From NCBI GenBank assembly GCA_041640635.1, contig JBEPZX010000019.1:1-24113 (forward strand): a DNA stretch of 24,113 nucleotides, written 5' to 3'. The number at the start of each line of letters is the position of its first letter. The first letter of the stretch is position 1. This stretch comes from Aquificaceae bacterium (GTDB lineage: Bacteria; Aquificota; Aquificia; Aquificales; Aquificaceae). The position numbers and the translations under genes were made by a program. The notes under the pieces were generated by a model. It was not told where the DNA came from, ran no database searches, and was given only the letters and a program-made list of their open reading frames with translations. Shown here one piece after another: positions 16,570 to 24,113 of the stretch.

Positions 16570-18666
16570 TTATCTTTCTATTATCAAAACCTCTCTATTC
16601 TTTAATACATCCTTAAATTCCGCAATAATTTTGTAACTGACACTTTCTTTTAAGTATCTCTTGTCTATCACCAAAAGACTATCCTCTGGAAGGGAGTCTA
16701 CACTTTCTAAGGGTATGAATTTTTTCCTTGTGTAAAACACCAAAGAAGGATCGAAGTATTTGTGATAGTAAATTTCTTTTAACTTCACCTTTTGGGATTC
16801 TTCGTAGTTGAGTATGGCATCCGATATATGTTTTGGGGTAAAGAAAGCTTTTGATTTTGGAACTATGCTCGATGTGAGTATAAACAAAGTCAAGGCAAAA
16901 GCCGTAGCTAAACCAAATACGGTATCAACTTTTTTGAAAAAAGCAAGTATACCAACAATCAAAAGTGGCACACACGCTAAGGCTACACCTAAACTAACAC
17001 TTTTTACAACCTGTATAACTGCTTCGGAGTAATTGGGGATACTTTTCTCTGAAAAGATTATGGAAAGGTAATGTAACAACGTTTGAACAGGCATGTTTGC
17101 TATGTTAATAGCCAAGAAAGCCAAAAGGAAAGCCACAGAAGCTATACCAACTAAAGAGAACTTTTGAAATCTGCCTTGCATATACCTTGCCGTGAGGATG
17201 GAAAGGGCTGGATACATAGGGACAAAGTAGTGGGGAAGCTTTGTCACACTCACCGAGTAAACAAAAAAGTAAACACCTACCCATACCAAAAGAAATAAGG
17301 TAAAGGAATCTTTAAAATTTTTAAGGGCTCTGAAGATAACCTGTGGTATGAAAAAGGACCATGGGAAAAGTCCAATCAAGAGATAAATAAAAACTACCAC
17401 AAAAGGCGCTTTTGGTCCCGCTATGTGGGATGTAAATCTCTCCAAATTGTGATGGAAGAAAAAGCCTTTTATGAACTCACCGTGAGTCTCTATGTAGACA
17501 GCCACATACCAAGGCAGAGCTACAAGCAAAGAAATAAAAAATCCCAAAATGTGATGCTTAGAAACAAAAAGCTTTATATCCTGAGGTTTGTAAAAGAGAA
17601 GAAAAAGAAAAGCTATCGCAAGAGGAATGCCAAAACCCGCTGGACCTTTTGCCAAAAAGGAAACACCCAAAAAGATCCAAAAAACGTATACGTATTCAGG
17701 CTCTCTGTAAGAAAACCAGCAGTAGAAGGAAAACAGAGCTACACTATTGGTAAGCACCAAAAAGGGATCTGGAACAGACATTCTAAATAGAAGAAAAAAG
17801 TAAAGGCTCGTTGCCAATATAAATGCGCTCTTTACTGCTAAATTTCTGTCCAAAAAGTTTTTGGAAAATCTGTAAGTGATGAAAGCTAAGGCTGTGCCAA
17901 GTATAGGACTTGCAAACCTTGCGGAAAACTCACTCACACCAAAAAGCTCATAAAAGAGCATGAAAAACCAGTAATGAAGTGGAGGCTTGTCAGTTCTTAG
18001 TTGGTAATTGAAAGTTGGGACAATAAAGTCCTCTCTCTCTAACATTTCCCGTGCAGCTTCCGCATTTTTGGCTTCATCGATAACGTAAAAGGGAAACTCA
18101 CCAAGTTTATAAAAAAGTAGAGCAAAAACCAACGTAAAAACAAAGAACTCTTTTTTATGATTTGATATAAACTCCCTATACTTTATAGCTACATATCCAC
18201 AAACGATGCCTATGGTAGCACCTGCTAAAACGTCCAAAGGAAAGTGAACACCTATGTATATGCGGGAGTATCCTACCAAAAAAGCTACTAAAAAAAGTAA
18301 AAGTTTTATAAAAAAATGCTCTTTATAAGATAAAACGTAAAAGAGCGCCATAGCGGTTGCGGTGTGACCCGAAGGAAAAGAACCGTAATAGAGAGGCTCG
18401 CCTACTATATGGACATTTTCAAAAATAGCGGGAGGACGAGGTGTATGCCAAGTATTTTTTACAAACTGAACGATTAAACCTGAAAGAATATAAGAAACTA
18501 CTATAGGCAAGACCTTATCACGCTTTACAAAGTAAAAGACAAAAGCTAAGAAAATCGCAAAGTATCCACTGCCAAGTTGAGTTACGAAGAGAAAAAAGTA
18601 ATCGAAAAGCTCAGAGTTAAAACTGTTTATCAAAAAGAACAACTCTACATTCTTTTCCCAAAGCAT
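16570..18666 (-). CDS. Fusion of a PAP2 phosphatase (N-terminal) and an ArnT/PMT-like GT-C glycosyltransferase (C-terminal), 698 aa
   Basis: PAP2 motifs C1 KNTWHTPRP, C2 SFPSGH and C3 SRIYIGVHFPLD. Then ArnT-family DEAKNAEAAREM, DKPPLHYW, FGVSEFSARF, LAKGP, LPWY and KLPHY. Start set at the ATG at 18666 because the longer ORF overlaps birA. Confidence 0.85.
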   Translation of the reverse strand: MLWEKNVELFFLINSFNSELFDYFFLFVTQLGSGYFAIFLAFVFYFVKRDKVLPIVVSYILSGLIVQFVKNTWHTPRPPAIFENVHIVGEPLYYGSFPSGHTATAMALFYVLSYKEHFFIKLLLFLVAFLVGYSRIYIGVHFPLDVLAGATIGIVCGYVAIKYREFISNHKKEFFVFTLVFALLFYKLGEFPFYVIDEAKNAEAAREMLEREDFIVPTFNYQLRTDKPPLHYWFFMLFYELFGVSEFSARFASPILGTALAFITYRFSKNFLDRNLAVKSAFILATSLYFFLLFRMSVPDPFLVLTNSVALFSFYCWFSYREPEYVYVFWIFLGVSFLAKGPAGFGIPLAIAFLFLLFYKPQDIKLFVSKHHILGFFISLLVALPWYVAVYIETHGEFIKGFFFHHNLERFTSHIAGPKAPFVVVFIYLLIGLFPWSFFIPQVIFRALKNFKDSFTLFLLVWVGVYFFVYSVSVTKLPHYFVPMYPALSILTARYMQGRFQKFSLVGIASVAFLLAFLAINIANMPVQTLLHYLSIIFSEKSIPNYSEAVIQVVKSVSLGVALACVPLLIVGILAFFKKVDTVFGLATAFALTLFILTSSIVPKSKAFFTPKHISDAILNYEESQKVKLKEIYYHKYFDPSLVFYTRKKFIPLESVDSLPEDSLLVIDKRYLKESVSYKIIAEFKDVLKNREVLIIER

Positions 18667-18688
18667 AAGCAAAATTAATTTTAAAGCT

Positions 18689-19384
18689 ATGTTTAATTTC
18701 ATGCTCTGGTTAGATACCTTGCCATCTACACAAAGTTTTTTGAAAGAAAGCAACTTACCTATTGGAAGTGTGGTAGTTGCAAATACACAAACACAAGGTA
18801 GAGGCAGGCACGGAAGAGTTTGGCAATCGCAAGAAGGAGGTCTATACTTTTCCTTTCTCATAGATACGGACTTTAGAGACTTTTCAACTTTACCTTTGGT
18901 TCTTGGTTACAGCATTTCCGAGTTTATTGACTCTCAGGGCATACCTAGTGCCATAAAGTGGATAAACGATGTTTTCGTAAAGGGTAAAAAGGTCGCTGGG
19001 GTCTTGGTAGAAAAGACAAAGAAAGGCTTTGTATGTGGCATAGGTTTGAATGTAAACCAGGAGAGTTTTCCACAAGATCTACAAGCCATATCCATGTTTC
19101 TGGCGGATGGTAAAAAAAGAAACAGGGTAGATGTGCTTTTGGAACTTCTTTCATACATAGGCAGAACGCTCGAAGAGTTTAAGTTGGTAGGTTTTCCCAA
19201 ATTTAGAGAAGCCATAAAGTCAAAACTTCTATTCTTGGAGCAAGAGGTCATAATCTACGGAGAAAAACCAATAGTTGGTATACTTCAGGACATAGGAGAA
19301 GACGGAAGTCTTGTGCTTTTGACATCAAAAGGGAACATGAAAATTGTAAGTGGTGACTTGACACTAAGAGGGCTTGGGATTTAG
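18689..19384 (+). CDS. birA: Biotin-[acetyl-CoA-carboxylase] ligase (group I, no HTH)
   Basis: STQ, QTQGRGRHGRVW, GGLYFS, IKWINDV, KKVAGVLVE, GIGLNVN. No N-terminal DNA-binding domain. Confidence 0.92.
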   Translation: MFNFMLWLDTLPSTQSFLKESNLPIGSVVVANTQTQGRGRHGRVWQSQEGGLYFSFLIDTDFRDFSTLPLVLGYSISEFIDSQGIPSAIKWINDVFVKGKKVAGVLVEKTKKGFVCGIGLNVNQESFPQDLQAISMFLADGKKRNRVDVLLELLSYIGRTLEEFKLVGFPKFREAIKSKLLFLEQEVIIYGEKPIVGILQDIGEDGSLVLLTSKGNMKIVSGDLTLRGLGI

Positions 19385-19395
19385 TTTTATCTGTT

Positions 19396-20268
19396 ATGTA
19401 CGTAGACTTTACGGACAAGGTTAAGCAAGACATCAGGAACTACTTTCTGGATAGAGATTACCTAACCATAGCCGTAGCAAAAGATGAACCCATAAGGATT
19501 TACTCCTTAGAAGCAACAAATACAGCAAAGGTAGCCCAAAGGATACATGACCTGAAAGGTGAAAAGGCACAAATTATGGGGGAAGCTCTGATTTCTGCTT
19601 TGCTTCTGACTTCTCTTGTAAAGCATGCCACGAATCAGAAGGTTTTGTTCAAGCTTGATCTTTCGGATGGTTTAGTTGTAGCGGAAGCGGATGGAAAGGG
19701 AAGATCAAGGGGATTTTTGCAAGGCGACTTAGACAAACCCTGGAGTGGTAGCGTCACTGTGGTAAAGGAGCTAAGACTTGGCACACCCTATACTAGCATA
19801 ATCCCTATAGTGAGCGATAGCGTAATAGATAACCTCAGATACTACTTTCAACAGTCGGAACAGATACCTACCCATTTGGATATAGCTGTGATTCTGGACA
19901 AAGAAGGTAACATTACCTCCGCTGGTGGTTACATGGTACAAACTTTAGGCGGAGCATCGGAAGAGGTAAAGAACCTAATAAACGATAGATTTTCCAAATA
20001 CTCTCCTATGGCGCAACTCCTAAGTGAGGGTAAAAAACCCGAAGATATAGCACTTTACCTACTAAAAGACTTACAACCAAGGCTAATAGGCCTAAAAGAA
20101 GTCGAATATTACTGTCCTTGCGATGAAGAGATAGCAAAGGCAAGTCTCTTGTTACTCAGCCAAGAAGAATTAGATGAGATTTTCGAAAGTGGTCCTGCGG
20201 AAGTGGTGTGTAAGTTCTGCAGTAGGGTTTACCGCTTCGATAGAGGACAGGTGGTAAGGGAGGAGTAA
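19396..20268 (+). CDS. hslO: Hsp33 redox-regulated chaperone
   Basis: YYFQQSEQIPT, AGGYMVQ and the C-terminal Zn switch CPC...CKFC (EVVCKFCSRVYRF). Confidence 0.9.
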   Translation: MYVDFTDKVKQDIRNYFLDRDYLTIAVAKDEPIRIYSLEATNTAKVAQRIHDLKGEKAQIMGEALISALLLTSLVKHATNQKVLFKLDLSDGLVVAEADGKGRSRGFLQGDLDKPWSGSVTVVKELRLGTPYTSIIPIVSDSVIDNLRYYFQQSEQIPTHLDIAVILDKEGNITSAGGYMVQTLGGASEEVKNLINDRFSKYSPMAQLLSEGKKPEDIALYLLKDLQPRLIGLKEVEYYCPCDEEIAKASLLLLSQEELDEIFESGPAEVVCKFCSRVYRFDRGQVVREE

Positions 20269-20357
20269 GTTTTAAGCTGCGTACTTTACTTGAAAATATT
20301 CTTTAATTGAAAATAAAGAAGAAGCTGAAGAACAATATGATTTTTTAATGTTTATTT

Positions 20358-20379
20358 AATAAGCAGGGGCAAAAGCCCC
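20358..20379 (-). terminator. Rho-independent terminator after the small secreted-protein gene
   Basis: Minus strand GGGGC-TTTT-GCCCC followed by TGCTTATT, 10 nt after the stop codon. It sits between convergent genes, so it may act in both directions. Confidence 0.65.
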
Positions 20380-20389
20380 CAGGTGATTT

Positions 20390-20596
20390 TTACTTGCCGC
20401 CTTTTGATGGTGCAGGTGGAGTTGCGCCTTGCTCTTTGCCTTGTTCTTTCTTTTCTTCTTTCTTTTCTTTTGCAGATTTTTCCTTTTGTTGTTCTTGCCC
20501 TTGCTTCTGTTCCTTACTCATGTGGCTACCGCTTAATGCTATGGGAGAAATTCCTAGCAAACCTGCCAATGCTAATGCGAATAGTGCTCTCTCCAT
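20390..20596 (-). CDS. Small exported, K/E/Q-rich low-complexity protein (68 aa)
   Basis: AGGAGG RBS 6 nt before the ATG; signal-peptide-like MERALFALALAGLLGISPIALS, then a charged tail. Flanked by a promoter and a terminator. Confidence 0.8.
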   Translation of the reverse strand: MERALFALALAGLLGISPIALSGSHMSKEQKQGQEQQKEKSAKEKKEEKKEQGKEQGATPPAPSKGGK

Positions 20597-20633
20597 GGCA
20601 CACCTCCTGTTATTAATTTTAAAATTATAGGAT

Positions 20634-20661
20634 ATTATAAATTAAAAATTAAAAGAGTCAA
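20634..20661 (-). promoter_or_regulatory. Near-consensus sigma70 promoter for the small secreted-protein gene
   Basis: Minus strand TTGACT (20656-20661), a 16-nt spacer and TATAAT (20634-20639). Confidence 0.65.
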
Positions 20662-20682
20662 TGTTTATTTTTAGAGTCTTGC

Positions 20683-21162
20683 TCAATAATCCAACCATCT
20701 AAGCATTATGCTAAAGGCTGAATCTTTGTCTCTCTGTTTCCACTCTATGGCGAACTCGTTTTCTGGATAGATTTTGCGCGCTTTTTCTAAGTAAATCTTT
20801 GACTCTTCCATCCTACCCAAAGAGTAAAGAATTACACCTATACTTGCGTAAACACGAGATGACCAAACATTGGAAGGTGCCAAGTCTATAGTTATTCTTA
20901 GTCTCTCTATGGCTTGTGTGTCATATCCGCACATACTTTCAGCTACAGCCAGCCAATACTGAGCTTCAAAGTTTCTGGGATCTTTGCGTACAGCTTTTTC
21001 AAACTCGTGTATAGCTTGCTTGCAATGTCTTTTCCTTAGCTGTTTTTTCCCATTTTCTACCGCTTTATCCGATGCTATAGAGAGTCCAGGAGGATGGTGT
21101 GGTGGTTTAGAGAATGAAACAAAACCAAAAACTAACAACAAAGAAAATAAAACCTTAACCAT
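20683..21162 (-). CDS. Exported tetratricopeptide-repeat protein
   Basis: Hydrophobic N-terminal signal, then TPR-like helices (AIHEFEKAVRKDPRNFEAQYWLA; VYASIGVILYSLGRMEESKIYLEKARKIYP). Confidence 0.75.
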   Translation of the reverse strand: MVKVLFSLLLVFGFVSFSKPPHHPPGLSIASDKAVENGKKQLRKRHCKQAIHEFEKAVRKDPRNFEAQYWLAVAESMCGYDTQAIERLRITIDLAPSNVWSSRVYASIGVILYSLGRMEESKIYLEKARKIYPENEFAIEWKQRDKDSAFSIMLRWLDY

Positions 21163-21170
21163 AAAATAAA

Positions 21171-21178
21171 ATTATAAT
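21171..21178. promoter_or_regulatory. Palindromic overlapping -10 boxes (ATTATAAT) between divergent genes
   Basis: TATAAT on + at 21173-21178 (10 nt before ATG 21189) and on - at 21171-21176 (8 nt before ATG 21162). Confidence 0.55.
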
Positions 21179-21188
21179 GCTTATAGTT

Positions 21189-22199
21189 ATGAACAAAAAG
21201 AAGTTTTTAGATTTAGAACTCTCAAGTCTCGGTGTAGGCACTTACTTAGGAGAGCTTGACGAGAAAACAAGTCAAGGCTACAGGGAAGTTATAAAAGAAG
21301 CTACAGATTACGGCATAAATGTTGTAGATACAGCAATAGTCTACAGATATATGAAAAGTGAAAGGGACGTATCAGCTGTTCTAAAGGAGAAGGAAAGGCA
21401 AAACTATATCCTCTCCACAAAGGGTGGTTATGTACCTTACGACATAGACTCGCAAGCGGACCCAAAGGATTTTTTCTACGAAAACTTTGTAAACACTGGC
21501 ATTATAAAGCTTCAAGAGATGACACCTCAAGGACACTACCTTGGCAGGGATTTTATAAACTGGTGCTTCAACAAAAGCTTACAAAACCTTCAAACTGACT
21601 ACATAGACATATACTTTCTGCACAATCCAGAGGAACAACTAAATTTCTTCTCTAGAGAAACTTTCTACTCCAAACTCAGAGAGTGCTTTGAGCTATTGGA
21701 AGAAAAGGTGAGTCAGGGAAAACTAAAATACTATGGCTTGGCTACGTGGAGCGGCTTTAGAGTCTCGCCATCCTCCAAAATATACCTAGACCTTGAAAAA
21801 ATCCTGAGTATAGCACAGGAAGTGGCAGGCAAAGACCATCACTTTAGGTTCATTCAGCTTCCTTATAACTTAGGGATGCCTGAAGCTTTCACTATGAAAA
21901 ACCAAAAAGTTGGAAACGATATGGTTTCCACACTGGAAGCCTGTCAAGCTTACAACCTATACGTATACACAAGTGCCAGCATATACCAAAGAAACGTAAT
22001 AGGCAGAGTGCCACAGAAACTAAAGGATCTATTCCAAACTGACAGCGATGTTTTGGCTGCTCTTTCCTTTGTCTTGCACACCCCCGGTGTAGGAACGGCT
22101 TTGGTAGGTATGAGTAAACTTGAGCACCTACAGGAAAACGTAAAAGTCTTTGAGCTTCCCAGATTGAACCAAGAGGAGTTTTTAAGGCTATTTTCCTAA
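21189..22199 (+). CDS. Aldo/keto reductase family oxidoreductase
   Basis: LGVGTY, GINVVDTAIVY, STKGG, SLQNLQTDYIDIYFLHNP, GKLKYYG, QLPYNL, LVGMSKLEHLQEN. Start is 21189 (preferred) or 21177. Confidence 0.88.
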   Translation: MNKKKFLDLELSSLGVGTYLGELDEKTSQGYREVIKEATDYGINVVDTAIVYRYMKSERDVSAVLKEKERQNYILSTKGGYVPYDIDSQADPKDFFYENFVNTGIIKLQEMTPQGHYLGRDFINWCFNKSLQNLQTDYIDIYFLHNPEEQLNFFSRETFYSKLRECFELLEEKVSQGKLKYYGLATWSGFRVSPSSKIYLDLEKILSIAQEVAGKDHHFRFIQLPYNLGMPEAFTMKNQKVGNDMVSTLEACQAYNLYVYTSASIYQRNVIGRVPQKLKDLFQTDSDVLAALSFVLHTPGVGTALVGMSKLEHLQENVKVFELPRLNQEEFLRLFS

Positions 22200-22220
22200 A
22201 AACTTCCATTTTTCAGGCAG

Positions 22221-22275
22221 TTTAGAGCAACTTTAGAAGAACTTTAGTAAACATAAAAAAGTTTACTTTAAGTTC
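22221..22275. repeat. Three 11-bp-period TTTAG...AAC direct repeats merging into an imperfect inverted repeat upstream of dnaA
   Basis: TTTAGAGCAAC TTTAGAAGAAC TTTAGTAAAC; GAACTTTAGTAAAC (22239-22252) is nearly the reverse complement of GTTTACTTTAAGTTC (22261-22275). Confidence 0.5.
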
Positions 22276-22318
22276 TCATGAAAAAGTTTTATGATTAACT
22301 CTTTCTTGGGGAAAAAAA

Positions 22319-23536
22319 ATGAAATATAACAACAACTTTTTATTGCTTATTGAGAGTTTAGACAAATTCGCATTAGGTATATTTAAGCAGTTCAAAATTG
22401 AAGAAGACAGTGAGAAGGTAGTCCTGATAGCACCAAGCGAAGAGTACAGAAAGTGGGCTATAGAGTATACAAAAACCAAGTTAATAGGTTTTGGGAAGAG
22501 GCTGGAGGTAAGGTTAAACCAAGAGATTCAAAGCAAAGCCAAAAAAATCGGCGTATTAGAAAAGTTTACCTTCGATAACTATATAGTAGGTATGGCGAAC
22601 ACCATAGTTTACAAGGTATGTATGGAAGTTTCAGAAAAACCGGGTATTAGCTTTAACCCTCTCTTTATATACGGTCCCGTAGGGCATGGTAAAACGCACC
22701 TGCTCCATGCCATAGGAAACAGAGCTTACTCTTTGGGTTACAGCGTAATCTATACCTCCATAAATGACTTCTCCGACGAAATGGTAAAGGCTATCAAAAA
22801 AGGCAACGCTGAAGAGTTCAGGAAGAAATACTCTGAAGTGGACGTTCTTTTGATAGACGATGTGCAGTTTCTCTCGGGAAAGGAGAGGACACAGGTGGAG
22901 CTTTTTAGGATCTTTGAGTACATGCAAGCAAAAGAAAAGCAAATGGTTTTGGTGAGCGACAGACACCCAAAGCAACTAAAGGATGTCCCAGACAGGCTGG
23001 TGAGCAGGTTCGAAGGTGGTCTCATAGTAGAAGTAGGACTGGATGAGGAAACCAAGCTTTCCATAATAAAGCAAAAGCTCATACTCTATGGGTTACCTGT
23101 GGACAAGAGAACTATAGATTACGTGCACGAAAACACAGGATACAATGTGAGAGAAATAGAAGGTTTTATAAGGGGTGTGAAAGTAAAGGGCATCGAGGAT
23201 ATACCAAAGGTAAGCAATAGACAAATAAACACAAGTATCGAAAGCGTAATTAAGTTTGTAGCCAAGCACTTTAAACTCAAACAAGAGGAAATCCTAAAGG
23301 ACACAAAAGAAAGAAAAATAACCAACGCCAAGCATATCGCAATGTATATGTGTAAGACGGTTTTGGGTAGTTCTTACTCGGAAATAGCCAGATACTTTAA
23401 CAAAAAGGACCACACGAGCGTTCTCTACTCCGTCCGAAAGGTAGAAGAAAAGCTAAGAGAGGACAGAAAATACGCTTTGATGATAAGGTTTTTAGAAAAA
23501 AGTCTAAAGGAGTACCTCAAAGAGTTCAGTAACTAG
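22319..23536 (+). CDS. dnaA: Chromosomal replication initiator DnaA
   Basis: FTFDNYIVG, FNPLFIYGPVGHGKTHLLHAIGN (Walker A), LLIDDVQF (Walker B), RLVSRF, NVREIEG, and domain IV KDHTSVLYSVRK. Confidence 0.96.
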   Translation: MKYNNNFLLLIESLDKFALGIFKQFKIEEDSEKVVLIAPSEEYRKWAIEYTKTKLIGFGKRLEVRLNQEIQSKAKKIGVLEKFTFDNYIVGMANTIVYKVCMEVSEKPGISFNPLFIYGPVGHGKTHLLHAIGNRAYSLGYSVIYTSINDFSDEMVKAIKKGNAEEFRKKYSEVDVLLIDDVQFLSGKERTQVELFRIFEYMQAKEKQMVLVSDRHPKQLKDVPDRLVSRFEGGLIVEVGLDEETKLSIIKQKLILYGLPVDKRTIDYVHENTGYNVREIEGFIRGVKVKGIEDIPKVSNRQINTSIESVIKFVAKHFKLKQEEILKDTKERKITNAKHIAMYMCKTVLGSSYSEIARYFNKKDHTSVLYSVRKVEEKLREDRKYALMIRFLEKSLKEYLKEFSN

Positions 23537-23584
23537 GAGTTAGATAGGAGTTAAACCGTAATTAAGACTTATAATAAATTCTTT

Positions 23585-24113
23585 ATGAAAGACATAGGCA
23601 CATACAATCACAAAGACATAGAATCCAAACACTCTAAAAGATGGATAGAAAAGGCACTCTATCACGTAAAGGACCCAAAGGATAAGTTCTCTGTAGTCAT
23701 ACCACCTCCAAATGTTACGGGTTCCCTTCATATGGGACATGCGCTAAACGCTACGCTACAGGACATAGTATGCAGATGGCAGAGGATGAGAGGAAAGGAT
23801 GTGGTTTGGGTTCCCGGATTTGACCACGCTGGAATAGCTACCCAGTATGTGGTAGATAAACAACTCCAGAAGGAAGGTATAGACAGAATAAGCATTGGAA
23901 GAGAAGAGTTTCTAAGGAAGGTTTGGGAGTGGGTTCCAAAGTCAAGGCAAGCCATAAGAACGCAGTTGGAAAGCTTAGGTGTGAGTGTAGACTGGAAGAG
24001 AGAACGCTTCACATTGGATGAGGGCTTTTCCAGAGCCGTAAGGCAAGCTTTCAAAAAGCTTTACGAAGATGGTTTAATTTACAGAGACAAATACATAATC
24101 AATTGGTGTCCCA
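23585..24113 (+). CDS. valS: Valine--tRNA ligase, 3'-truncated by the window edge (absent from the ORF track)
   Basis: MKDIGTYNHKDIESK...VIPPPNVTGSLHMGHALNATLQD (HIGH-type motif), WVPGFDHAGIATQ, LGVSVDWKRERFT, INWCP. TATAAT at 23570-23575. Confidence 0.93.
   Translation, partial: MKDIGTYNHKDIESKHSKRWIEKALYHVKDPKDKFSVVIPPPNVTGSLHMGHALNATLQDIVCRWQRMRGKDVVWVPGFDHAGIATQYVVDKQLQKEGIDRISIGREEFLRKVWEWVPKSRQAIRTQLESLGVSVDWKRERFTLDEGFSRAVRQAFKKLYEDGLIYRDKYIINWCP

Noticed and set aside
18667..18861. Cys-rich N-terminal extension of the 763-aa ORF
   Set aside because: It is the antisense shadow of birA; the PAP2-like sequence begins at Met 18666.
23540..24054. Minus-strand ORFs 23540..23740 and 23728..24054
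   Set aside because: They are shadows of valS on the + strand.

Overview
A gene-dense, AT-rich chromosomal window that looks like a thermophilic Aquificae (Hydrogenobacter/Thermocrinis-like) genome. This assignment is inferred from the short PolA, the Aquifex-type SelD N-terminus and the tRNA-Sec sequence. Left part: truncated archaemetzincin-type protease, RDD protein, a moeB-pdxJ-GNAT(ArgA-like)-polA run, an OmpR-type two-component pair, a UbiD decarboxylase and a Cys-cluster protein. Centre: a selenium/formate module that the ORF track breaks up. It comprises a selenocysteine formate dehydrogenase operon (alpha subunit 11594-14623 with Sec UGA at 14033-14035, beta, gamma, fdhE), then a GcvH/LbpA-like gene with a possible Tat signal, and tRNA-Sec whose first base is the last base of that gene's stop codon. 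Divergent from it is a selenocysteine-containing selD (14789-15808, UGA at 14825-14827). Both UGAs have SECIS-like hairpins 11 nt downstream. Right part: a ~690-bp frameshifted pseudogene, a PAP2-phosphatase/ArnT-like glycosyltransferase fusion, birA, hslO, a small secreted charged protein with its own promoter and terminator, a TPR protein, an aldo/keto reductase, dnaA and the start of valS. The strongest candidates for novelty are the two-Cys, possibly Tat-targeted LbpA-like protein coupled to fdhE and selC, and the PAP2-ArnT fusion as a possible single-chain lipid A dephosphorylate-and-glycosylate enzyme. Many genes appear (near-)leaderless, including one pair sharing a palindromic -10 box.
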